Assembly (NCBI GenBank): GCA_002269645.1
Contig: NIVC01000591.1
Span: 372,001 to 436,000, forward strand
DNA: 64,000 bases
Direction: 5' to 3'
Source: Macrostomum lignano
Lineage: Eukaryota
Shown here piece after piece: positions 49,701-60,094 of this stretch; the stretch's first letter is position 1; every line of letters begins with the position of its first letter. Below the pieces are notes generated by a model. That model had not been told where the DNA came from and did not search any database. It saw only the letters and a list, made by a program, of their open reading frames with translations. Both the position numbers and the translations under genes were made by a program.

Positions 49701-51863
49701 GACACCCGCAGATTTTAAAACCCACTGAAGTCCTATCCATAATAAAAATCACCGTGTGCGTAGACTCTACACAGTGCGTCTGTTTGCCGCATTCCTGGAT
49801 GACCAGAAAAAACAGCCGCTTTAACTCGTAGTTTTTAATTTTACTTAGAGGCGTTCCATACCTGAAGTGGTACGTGGGTATCTGATGGTATAGCGAGGCT
49901 CTGGCAAAGGCATCTTTAGCGCAAAAATTGAAAAAGGCCGTGACTGTAGTGTTTGCGAGCGTTCATTATAGTCGTGAGGATGAATATACCATACAATATT
50001 CGAAATATCGACACTTGCATGCATTAAACACATCTGCGTTACCGCTTCAGTGTTTTGGGGTTTGAGGAATCTTCTCTCCGTCCCTCTCTCCCCTCTTCTT
50101 CTTTCTCTTCGCTCCTCTCTCTTCTCCACTATCTCTCCTCTCCTCTCGCTTCTCTTTCCCCTTTTCTCTTTTTCTCTTTCCTCACTCCCCTCTTCTCATT
50201 ATCATCCTCTATATTTTCTCTCATGACATCTTGAAATCGCGTCTCCTCTCTTATCTAATAATCGTCTATTCATTTTCCTTTCCACTTTTATCTGGCCCGC
50301 AGCCATGGGCTGGATTCTTTGTCTGGCCCTCTTAGCAAGTGTCATGTGAACATTATTTTACATTTTATTGCGTCAACGCGCTAATAGCTCGTAAACCCAA
50401 TCAAACGAATTTCAGCCTCAAAACCATCAATAGCAGAAAGAGGATCCAAGCTGAGACCGGCCTTTGACAACGTAGTCGCCCGACGCCTCTGCTGCTACCC
50501 GCCCATTGCGCCGCTACTCAACAACCGAGTCTCCGACTCAAACATCCCCCAGTCCGTGCTGCAGTCGCTCCAGCATCTCCTCACCTCTGCCTCATCGCCC
50601 TGTCACGCAGTGCACGCAGCTGCTCCCGGAAAGGAGGGCCAGCAGCTCCGAGTGAGCACCAGCTTCCTGGAGAGGCGGCTGCTGCGGAGTCTCACCACTC
50701 TGCAGGGCCAGCTGTTCGTCACGCTCAAGTGGCTGCTGAAGAAGGCCGTCCGACACGACGGCTTCAAGTCGTATCACGCAAAGACCATCGCGTTCCGAAT
50801 GCTGGAGGAGACGCCGGCCGAGCAGTGGAACGACGCTCGGAATCTCGTGAGTCTCACGAGACGCTCGCTGCAGATGCTTGAGAGCGACTGCAGATCAGGC
50901 GGACCTGACGCCAAGATCATGGACCACTTCTTCCTTCGCGATGCCGCTGTGTATCTGAAAGGCGTGGACACCAGCACATCGGCTGAGAAGGTGAGCGAAG
51001 CCTTGAGTCAGGCGGCCGACGCAGTGAGAGATGCGATCGATAGGCTGCCTGAGCTGCTGCTGGAGTTCGAGGACAGCCTGCGACCCGTCACCGACTCGGG
51101 CCGATTCCACTTCCACCCGTTCGTCATTCAGCCGCACATTTTAAGTGATAAACCTGTGAAACAAGCGAAGGAATGCGAGTACCACGAGATATACGACGTC
51201 GTGAGAGAGTCAGTGATCCGTGTGTCGGACCGAGACCGAAGCCCAGAGTCCCGACAGCGTCTCTCGGAGCTGATCGACAAGCTGCCAGACTGCGCCCGCA
51301 TGGCGCGAGAGTCTCTGAGGGCGCTGAGCTGCCTGAAGTTCGGCGACAGAGAGGCTGCAGCGAAAGTCGTGAACGACTGCAGGCAGTTCAGGGTGAGCAG
51401 AGGAATCGACTGGTCCGCTGAGAGATCGGCGAGTGAGGCGACTGTGGACTTCGTGATGCAGCACCTGAAGAGCCGAGACTCCGCGTGGAAGTTCTGGTTT
51501 AAATTGGATGAGCGGCCTGAGCTGCCAGTTAAAAGCATAGCTTCAACTTTTTTTCCAAGAAATGCAGGATACTACATCTCTTCGTACTTTTTCAACTTTG
51601 AGGCCCTGCTGTTTGCACTCCAATTTGATCTGATTGGAGCAAGAGAATCTTCAGATCAAGACTGGATCCGAAATGTGGCGCATGATGAGGATGCGGATGA
51701 TCAGGAGCTGCTTGTGGCTTCTTTTTATTGTTTTTATTGTAAAGATTCTGAACTGCTGCGTGCTTTCCGTAAATCACTCAGCAAAAGGTTTGGCAAAGTT
51801 CCTACTTGGCTGGAGCCAAGTTTCTGGAATTTATTTGCGTCTGTAAGTTCACTTTGGAACTGA
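43735..51863 (+). CDS. Ankyrin-repeat / Mab-21 (cGLR) nucleotidyltransferase fusion, copy 2 (1459 aa)
   Basis: join(43735..46322,46739..47082,50416..51863) = 4380 nt, in frame. Donors AG|GTAAGA (phase 2) and G|GTGAGA (phase 1) match acceptors cccgcag|A and tttcag|CC, at the same intron positions as copy 1. About 23 ANK repeats; GSYSEG...SDIDVM, FDNV, KSYHAKT. Confidence 0.85.
48157..48899. mobile_element. Foldback/MITE-like element with internally repetitive terminal inverted repeats
   Basis: Left arm 48157..48349 CGGTTTACCCCCGATT(CGCCGA[A]TTCCCGATT)n...CCTGACTCGCCGA. Right arm 48783..48899 is its reverse complement (TCGGCGAGTCAGG...AATCGGGGGTAAACCG). No clear TSD. Confidence 0.75.
49347..49687 (+). 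mobile_element. tRNA-derived SINE with 14-bp target-site duplication
   Basis: A-box TAGCCCAGCGG (49360-49370), B-box-like GGCTCGATTCC (49403-49413) and A-rich tail CTCTAATAAAATA. Direct repeat AGGACAAGCTGTTG at 49333-49346 and 49688-49701. Confidence 0.8.
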
Positions 51864-52526
51864 ATGCCTTAGGCCAGTCTGCTTGTGTCAATCTGTTTGA
51901 AAAACCCTATCAAAGACTTTTTCATAGACAGGAGAATCGCACCTGTCGCTGAATTACATTTAAATTGGATGCTTAACTTTTTGAAATCAACTGCACGTGT
52001 CAATGATGGTACTTATCGCTGAGTGTATATAAAAATTTAAACATCCAATTTCAGAAATACAAAACTCACTGTTGCCTTACTTTTGCAGAAGTAGAATAAC
52101 ATGAATGTACTGTAACGTCATAATCTTTAAAAATATAAATTGTCCATTTTTGTTTACTATCCACCATGCATGAATATCTGGCTAAATTATGATATTGCTG
52201 GTCAACTTAAAATAAATCCAACAATAAATAGATTTTTTGCTATTTTTAGAACATTATAGAAGTTTTACTAGCTAGATTTGTGCTGTTAGATCACTGCTTG
52301 CAGCTGAAAATCACTGCGATTCACAATAAAATGAATATTAATAACGATTATTAAATATTTAAGCCTTTACACTACTTGTTTAAACTGACAAATGTGAAGT
52401 AAATTTCAATTTATTCATCACTTTTCAATGTTAAATGCTGGCTTTAAGTTTTGAAGACAGCTTCAACTATGAGCTGCAACTCATCCACAGCTTCATCACC
52501 TGTCTGCAGCGAAGCAACGAAGTTTG

Positions 52527-53000
52527 AACAGCTCAAATGGGCCGAGAGACAATGGCTCTTAAGACACTTTAATATTCAAGGCAAAGCAGCAAAAGTAGCG
52601 TGCAGAGTGTAAGACAAGTTGCCATGGCAACTGATCTAACGCTAGCCGCAGATGGAGCTTGAGACGCTGAGGGAGGGAGGGGAAGGGAGTGAGCAGGTGG
52701 CGACGGCAGAGCTCTGCTGCAAGTTTGCTTAAACAGCGCCTGAGGCTGAAAATGTTTTTTGAGACGAAGCTTGTCCTCTCTCTGCTTTTCTATGTAGTGC
52801 ATAGCGAAGATAAATTCTATGTTCTGCGTTTAGAGATACTTCTGTTGCAGTCCTGGGAAGACGTGGCTTTGATAAGAAAGCTGAGTAGCTCGTATAGGGC
52901 CACTTCGAACTCAAGCTGTTTTTGTTATTCTTAGTGGGGCCATGCCAGATGAAGGTTAGAGACTGAGAGCATTTACGAGTACGAAGTGAGATGTGCGTTA
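52527..53000. promoter_or_regulatory. Conserved non-coding block B with palindromic RFX X-box GTTGCCATGGCAAC (52618-52631)
   Basis: Paralogue of 42430..42900; the motif equals the canonical RFX consensus. Confidence 0.55.
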
Positions 53001-53269
53001 AAATGGGTTTTATGCACATGGGTGTTAATATAGTTTCTTAAGCAGCAGCCAGTTTATGCAGATAACTACAGCTATATAGATTCTACGAGGCCAACTCCTC
53101 CGTTGGCGGAGTAAGGGGATAGAACTCCCATCGCCAGAATTTCATTCCCTGAATCCATCAGCTGAATCCAATGACACGAATCCCATCGTCCAAATCCTCT
53201 ATTAACCTCCTAAAAACCATGTTGTTTTACCTGTTTGCAAAAATTGACTGCCTGCCATCGTCCAGACTG

Positions 53270-53810
53270 AGACTCTCGTCTGTCTCCTCTCTCCTCTTTG
53301 CTCTCTCATCTCTAATCTCTCCTATCTCCTCTCTGCTCTCATCTCCTCGCTTATCTATCATTTCTCATCTCATCTCTCATCTCTACTCCCTTATCTCTCC
53401 TCTCTGCGTTCTCATATCTACTCTCTTCTTTCTCCTCACTACTTTCTCCTCTCTACTTTTTCCTCTCTCCTCTTTTATCTCTTCTCTCTCCTCTCCTTTA
53501 TCTCCTCTCTGCTCTCTCATCTCTCTACTTTCTCCCCTCTCCTCTCTCCCTTTATCCTCTCGCTTCTCTCTCCTCTCTCTCCCCTCATCTCTACTCATAT
53601 ATCTCTTCTCTCTCGTCTTTCGGCTCTACTTCCTCCTGTCTCCTCTTTCTCCTCTCTTACCCCCCTCTCCTCTCTCCTCTCAATTACCTTATCTCTTCTC
53701 TCGCCTTTATTCTCTTTTTTTCTTTTCTCTAATCTGTCCCTTTTAATTCTCTCTTTTCATGTTCTCTTTCATCTAATCTTTTATCTTCTCTCTCCTTTTC
53801 TCTTTTCTCT
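53270..53810. repeat. CT-rich low-complexity tract
   Basis: Degenerate (TCTC/CTCCTC) sequence; a similar shorter tract lies at ~50065..50280. Confidence 0.85.
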
Positions 53811-54246
53811 ATTCCCGGAGGGGACACAGCGGGAAGGCGCGGGCGCCCATTCCGCTACTGGACTGGACTTGAAAACTCAAACCTCACCGAATAACCCAGC
53901 CCTCGGCAACAGTGAAGATTGCTTGTATTACTTGTGTGCCCCGCAATTGCCATTGTGTATTCTACTCGTATCTTAAGGAAATTTTGCAGCTTAAGACATC
54001 AGACACCTGCGTTTTAATTTGGACTTATATGTAGACTATCTGTGCCTTAAGGGGTTGTGGTTGAAAGAAATAAACGAAATAAAAATAAAGAATTAGAAAC
54101 AAAGTTAAAACTGAAAGCAAATTTATGGATTGTATTATAGTAGACATAATCAATCAAACTTAATTAAATTTATTATCAAGCAACCAGTTCAGTACAAATG
54201 CCAATATTTAAAAATAAAAAATCACCGGACAAGTCACTCGGGACTC

Positions 54247-57200
54247 TCAGTCTCCAAGGCATTCGTTATCCATCGGGTCGTGAGCTCTGATCGACAGCTC
54301 CAAGTCATCGATGAGGCACAGAATTCGCTTGCATGCCGCGTCATCACAGCTGGTTGCCGCATCCCCAGACTCTTCATCAGCCGAGTCCCCAGCTCCATCA
54401 TCGAGCAGTCGGCATCGCTCATCCAGTCGGTGCAGCGCCAGTCTCAAACTGACGCCAAGACCTTCATCAGCGATCCCAGCTTCGCCCAGACGGTCGAGAG
54501 CGGCTGACACGGCGGCTCGAATGTCCGGCAGGCCGTCAAGTGGCAGACGGTCGGATTCGCTGCCGCCACCAGCCGCTGCAGACACCAGCTGAGCAAGGCT
54601 CCTGACCACTTCCGGTGGCGCACAATTTCCAGGATCGGCGAGAAGATCGCCAGCAAATTTGGCTGCAGCGTGAGCAGCTTCCGGTGCCAGTGAACCGCTG
54701 GCTGCATCGGCTTTGGCGCTGCGACAGAGAGTGCAGATGCCAGCTTGAAGTCGGGCGTTGTTCAATGATTTGCTGCTGGTTTTCGTTTCCGGTTTGACCT
54801 TTGTAATATTGGTACTTCCGGTGACGACTGAGTTCCAAATGCTTAAGTCTGTTGATTGGTTAACTTGTTCATTTCCGGTTGAGACACCTTGTCCACTTCC
54901 GGTTGAGTCACCTTGTCCACTTCCGGTTGAGTCACCTTGTCCACTTCCGGTTGATTCACCTTGTCGACTTCCGGTTGAGTCACCTTGTCCATTTTCGGTT
55001 GAGTCACCTTGTCCATTTCCGGTTGAGTCACCTTGTCCGTTTCCTGTGGAGGCACCTTGTCCACTTCCGGTTGAGACACCTTGTCCACTTCCGGTTGAGT
55101 CACCTTGTCCACTTCCGGTTGAGTCACCTTGTCCACTTCCGGTTGATTCACCTTGTCGACTTCCGGTTGAGTCACCTTGTCTATTTTCGGTTGAGTCACC
55201 TTGTCCATTTCCGGTTGAGTCACCTTGTCCGTTTCCTGTGGAGGCACCTTGTCCACTTCCGGTTGAGACACCTTGTCCACTTCCGGTTGAGTCTCCTTGT
55301 CCACTTCCGGTTGAGTCACCTTGTCCACTTCCGGTTGATTCACCTTGTCGACTTCCGGTTGAGTCACCTTGTCCATTTTCGGTTGAGTCACCTTGTCCAC
55401 TTCCGGTTGAGTCAGCTTGTCCACTTACGTTTTCCTTCCGGTTCCACTCTCCGGTTACACTCCTGATCTCACTTCCGGTTCCAACAAGGCAGTCGCGAAG
55501 GCACAGAAACAGGGCAGCGTCCGGCCCCACGCCAGTCGCCGTGTCCGAGGCGGCCGCAATCAGACCGGCCAAAGTGTCCGGACTCGGACAGCTGGCCGAG
55601 AAGTAGGCCAAAGCAGCGTCGCGAGCTGTCGGTCTGGAGGCTGCGGACAGGCAGAAGTCGTCTGCCTTTTGAGGAGTTAGAAAAGTTTATTTTTATTTGT
55701 CATTAACAGCCAATTCTAATCGGTTATTAACAGCCAATTCTAATTGGTCATTAACAGCCAATTCTAATCGGTTATTAACAGCCAATTCTAATTAGTCATT
55801 AACAGCCAATTCTAATTGGTCATTAACAGCCAATTCTAATCGGTTATTAACAGGCAATTCTAATCGGTTATTAACAGCCAATAATTATAATTGGTCATTA
55901 ACAGCCAATTCTAATCAGTCATTGACAGCCAATTCTAATTGGTCATTAACAGCCAATTCTAATTGGTCATTAACAGCCAATTCTAATCAGTCATTAACAG
56001 CCAATTCTAATCAGTCATTAACAGCCAATTCTAATTGGTCATTAACAGCCAATTCTAATCAGTCATTAACAGATAATTCTAATCGATCATTAACAGCCAA
56101 TTCCAATTGGTCATGCATTAGGTCATAAACTAAGGTCATAACTCCCAGCAGTGAACTCCGGCCCCCTCACCAGCTTCTTAGCAGTCCCTGGCAGCCGCAG
56201 GAAGAGGCCTCTCCTGGCCAAGTCAGCCAGCGTCAGGGTTTTACTACGGTAATCCCAGCTCCCATCGGAGGACAGAAACTCAACCAGATCTTCCCGCAAT
56301 TTCCCAGCCGGAACTGCAACTTCAAGAATCAACTCCAAAGCCCTTTCGAAGCCTCGAGTTCGGGAAAATTTCGGAGCAGAAGAGAAATACAGCAGCCGTT
56401 TGAGCAGTTGGATTCGAGCTGGTGAAGTGAGACCAGAGGACCAGGATGTCACGGTGTCCGGTTTTAATGCGGCCAGCACCAACACGGATTCAGTGGGCCA
56501 AGACTCAGTAGCCTCCGCTGGTGCTGGCAGTGAGATCAAATTTGAGTCTAATATAATTCTAATTTGGTTAATAGTTGAGCAGGTGGCAAAGAGCATATTG
56601 CAGACTGTTTCCATTAGGATGTCTTCTGGTAGATTGGCTGTGCAGGCTGGAGTTTGCTGGGATCTGAAAGTGCGATTGGATTGGGAATAAATGTTCACAG
56701 CGAATTGCTTATAAGGTTTCTAAATAGAATAAAAAATTGTAAGTACACAAGAGAGTTCTGAGAAAGTACATGGTAGACTTTTAGTTTTCTAGAAACTAAG
56801 CGACACGACAAATTTCTTATTCGTTACAAAGTACACGACGGACTTTTTATTCTCTAGATAGCACACGACGAACTTATCGATCTCCAGAAAGTACACGACG
56901 AACTTTTAATTCTGTAGAAAATACACGACATACTTTTCATTATTTAGAAAGTACAAAACGAACTTTTCATTCTCTAGAAAGTACACGGCGAACTTCTTTT
57001 TGCTAGAAAGTTTCTGCATTTATGGACTTCCTAATCTTTACCGACATTATTTTCTAAAATTACACAACGCAGTAGCAAATTATAGAATAGAATAATCAGG
57101 ACATTCTTTCGAATGCCTAGAATTTTTCACTCACCGAGTCCACACGTGCGCCAGCGCCAGGCACAGCGCAGCCCTGGCGTGCAGGTTGCCAGTGACATCT

Positions 57201-57880
57201 GGCCGGGTTAGGGCGTCGGCCAGAGCCGCAGCCAGGCCGGCCCAGTCGGAGGCATCGAACCGGTCAGCTGCCGATGCGGACAGCCGCCAGCACAGCACAT
57301 CGGCGCCGATCCTGGCTTGCCGAGGCCGGCCAGACCGAAGCGAATTAAGCAGGGCGCCAACTAGCAGGGATTTGGCTTCATTGGCCACCTGCGGCATGGC
57401 TGCTGGCTGTGGGATCAATGAGGGTGAGGGTGATCCCAGTGCTGCCTGAATGATCCCAGTGCTGCCTGAATGATCCCAGTGCTACCTGAATGATCCCAGA
57501 GCTGCCTAAGTGATCCCAGTGTTACCTGCACTCCAAAGCCAGGACAGAATCCCTACAAAGCTACACTAATCAGCACTGCAGCCTCACCTCAGAGGTGAGG
57601 ACAGCCTCAGCCACAGGCAGGTACAGCGGCAGCAGCTCAGCATGCTGCTCAGCACCGGATCCGCAATCCGATTTTCCAACAGCAGCCTGACAATATCTCC
57701 TCAGAATAGCCAGCAGATGCTCTGCCTCATCAACTGATGAAGGACTCAGCTTCACAGAGGACAGCTCGGCAGCCAGCTGCTGCACAAGGCTGTCGTCAAG
57801 GTGCTCGGAGAAGGCGAAGGTCAGACTGTCGAGCAGGCGGCAGAGCCTGCGGCCGACACTCGCGGCATCGGAGGCGGCTG
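54247..57880 (-). CDS. Helical-repeat protein, THADA/Trm732-like N-terminal region (5'-incomplete), with an internal octapeptide repeat
   Basis: complement(join(54247..55665,56171..56663,57135..57388,57588..57880)); all phases agree (0,2,0). WDYRSKTLTLADL, SPDTLAGLI and DAALFLCLR resemble, from memory, THADA WHIKGKYTCLGCL, SPESLQYMV and GALMACLR. The gene model is firmer than the family call. Confidence 0.6.
54868..55432 (-). repeat. Coding 24-bp repeat (STGSGQGD)n, ~23 units with an 8-unit (192-bp) higher-order period
   Basis: The unit series STENGQGD-STGSRQGE-...-STGNGQGD recurs every 64 aa inside ORF 54247..55611. Confidence 0.9.
55700..56112. repeat. 24-bp intronic minisatellite (TTAACAGCCAATTCTAATTGGTCA)n
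   Basis: About 17 units in intron 55666..56170. Confidence 0.93.
57436..57528. repeat. 20-bp intronic repeat (TGATCCCAGTGCTGCCTGAA)n
   Basis: 4-5 units; same family as 62098..62201. Confidence 0.9.
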
Positions 57881-58007
57881 CTGGGGAAAACAGCAACAAT
57901 TTATGGGAGTTTTATACTACTCAAGCTTCCCTTGTGAGTAGTGCGGTACTTTTTATCGTTTTCTATCGACATTTATGTTACATGAAAGTTGGGAAATATT
58001 GGGATTT

Positions 58008-58340
58008 TTGGGATCTGTGCTCAGGGGATCAGGGATCTGTGCTCAGGGGATCAGGGATCTGTGCTCAGGGGATCAGGGATCTGTGCTCAGGGGATCAGGG
58101 ATCTGTGCTCAGGGGATCAGGGATCTGTGCTTAGGGGATTAGGGATCTGTGCTCAGGGGATTAGGCCGATCTGTGCTCAGGGGATCAGGGATCTGTGCTC
58201 AGGGGATCAGGGATCTGTGCTTAGGGGATTAGGGATCTGTGCTCAGGGGATTAGGGATCTGTGCTCAGGGGATTAGGGATCTGTGCTCAGGGGATTAGGG
58301 ATCTGTGCTCAGGGGATTAGGGATTTGTACTCAAGGGATC
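58008..58340. repeat. 22-bp minisatellite (GATCTGTGCTCAGGGGATCAGG)n
   Basis: About 15 units. Confidence 0.94.
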
Positions 58341-59007
58341 AGATATCGAAATCAGCTTTTAGGTAGTGAAGTTTTTAGTAGCAATCTTTATGAATTGCAC
58401 ATAATTTTGAATTTATAATGCTAAAAATAAGAAACAAGTAGCAAATACAGAAAGCATTATTCAATTATTAAACAAACAAAACAAAGAGCCAAATATACAG
58501 TTTATTTGAGAATCTCGGATTAGAAAATTCCGACACACAGCTGAAAATTTATAAATTGCAGCATAAAAGAAAGCGCAACGCTGCCTACTTACAAAAGTAC
58601 AGCTAAGTATTATGATAATATTTGGCAAATACAGTTTTGATAAACAAAGGCGCATGATAAATAGTGCTAAAATCAAGCACACAGGACAGACAGTCTGACA
58701 AATAATTCCACAGTACCCCTAGAACTAACAAAGTACAAAAAAGAGCTAAGGATTTGCAGTGAATATATGGAAATTAGATATTGTGATATGTGCCTGTCTT
58801 TGGGGCGCCATGGACTTGAAAATATGAAGAAAATAACTTGATAAACAGCCGCAAGCTTAGCTTTGGCGCCAGGGGTTGCTGAAGAAAAACAGGAACAAAA
58901 AATAATGTATCGATATCTATAGTTTAGTAAATTTGAAAAGAATATTACAGTGCTCAGTGAGTATTGACTTTATGTATACTTGATTCACACATGCATTCAT
59001 TTTGTAT

Positions 59008-59685
59008 GTGAATATGCACACAGATCCAATTCACATTCACTCAGTCGGTGTGTGTGAATACACACAGACCCAATTCACACATTCACTCAGTCTGTGTGTA
59101 AATGCACACAGATCCAATTCACATTCACTCAGTCGGTGTGTGTGAATACACACAGACCCAATTCACACATTCACTCAGTCTGTGTGTAAATGTACACAGA
59201 TCCAATTCACACATTCACTCAGTCGGTGTGTGTGAATACACACAGACCCAATTCACACATTCACTCAGTCTGTGTGTAAATGTACACAGATCCAATTCAC
59301 ACATTCATTCAGTCGGTGTGTGTGAATGCATACAGATCTAATTCACAAATTCACTCAGTCGGTGTGTGTGAATGAACACAGATCCAATTCACATATTCAT
59401 TCAGTCGGTGTGTGTGTGAATGCACAAAGTTCCAATTCACACATTCACTCAGTCTTTGTGTGTGAATGAACACAGATCCAATTCACATATTCATTCAGTC
59501 GGTGTGTGTGTGAATGCACAAAGTTCCAATTCACACATTCACTCAGTCTTTGTGTGTGAATGCACACAGATCCAATTCACACATTCATTCAGTCGGTGTG
59601 TGTGTGAATGCACAAAGTTCCAATTCACACATTCACTCAGTCTGTGTGTAAATGTACACAGACCCAATTCACACATTTATTCATT
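59008..59685. repeat. 44/46-bp dimeric minisatellite (ACACAGATCCAATTCACACATTCACTCAGTCGGTGTGTGTGAAT)n
   Basis: About 15 units alternating two variants (90-bp period, seen as 30-aa periodicity in ORF 59102..59341). Confidence 0.93.
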
Positions 59686-60094
59686 CATGAAAAATGGCAC
59701 AAAAATAAATCATATAGCAAAATATGGATAGCTTAATTTGTCAAGATAATAGCTGTGTAAAATTGATAAAAGTGGAATTGCATATCAGTTTGAAGAAAAA
59801 ATTGCAATGAATAAACTGGGGCAGCGGGAATGCACAGGAAATTCTGATAAATAATGTACAACAACACATATAATATGTTAAACTGACAAAAGTTATGTAA
59901 TATCTGACCGGAAATGTACGTTTTAACAATTTTAAAAAAAATCGGGGAAAATGTAAAGTGGCACTATCTCAGCTGGTTTTTACTAGGGCACCTTTTCACA
60001 CCGTCTGTGCGAGTGGAGCGGCAATTATGTTGGCCTTTGAAAGTGAGAACCGCGCAGCAAGCTCTTAATACAAATACACAGGCTAAACAGCTGT

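Noticed and set aside
37272-51863. Reading the ANK and NTase ORFs as a bacterial CBASS-like operon or as four to six separate genes
   Set aside because: Canonical phase-matched splice sites at identical positions in both copies join them into single genes; no Shine-Dalgarno or operon features, and flanking genes have introns.
52569-52802. Minus-strand ORF ending in a signal-peptide-like MATCLTLCTLLLLLCLEY
   Set aside because: It stops right after the hydrophobic stretch, and the paralogous block at 42.5 kb has a different frame with an early stop; the ATG is part of the X-box palindrome.
54868-55432. Ice-nucleation-protein-like interpretation of the (STGSGQGD)n octapeptide
   Set aside because: It lacks the AGYGST / TxT ladder of INPs, is short, and is embedded in an apparently intracellular helical protein.
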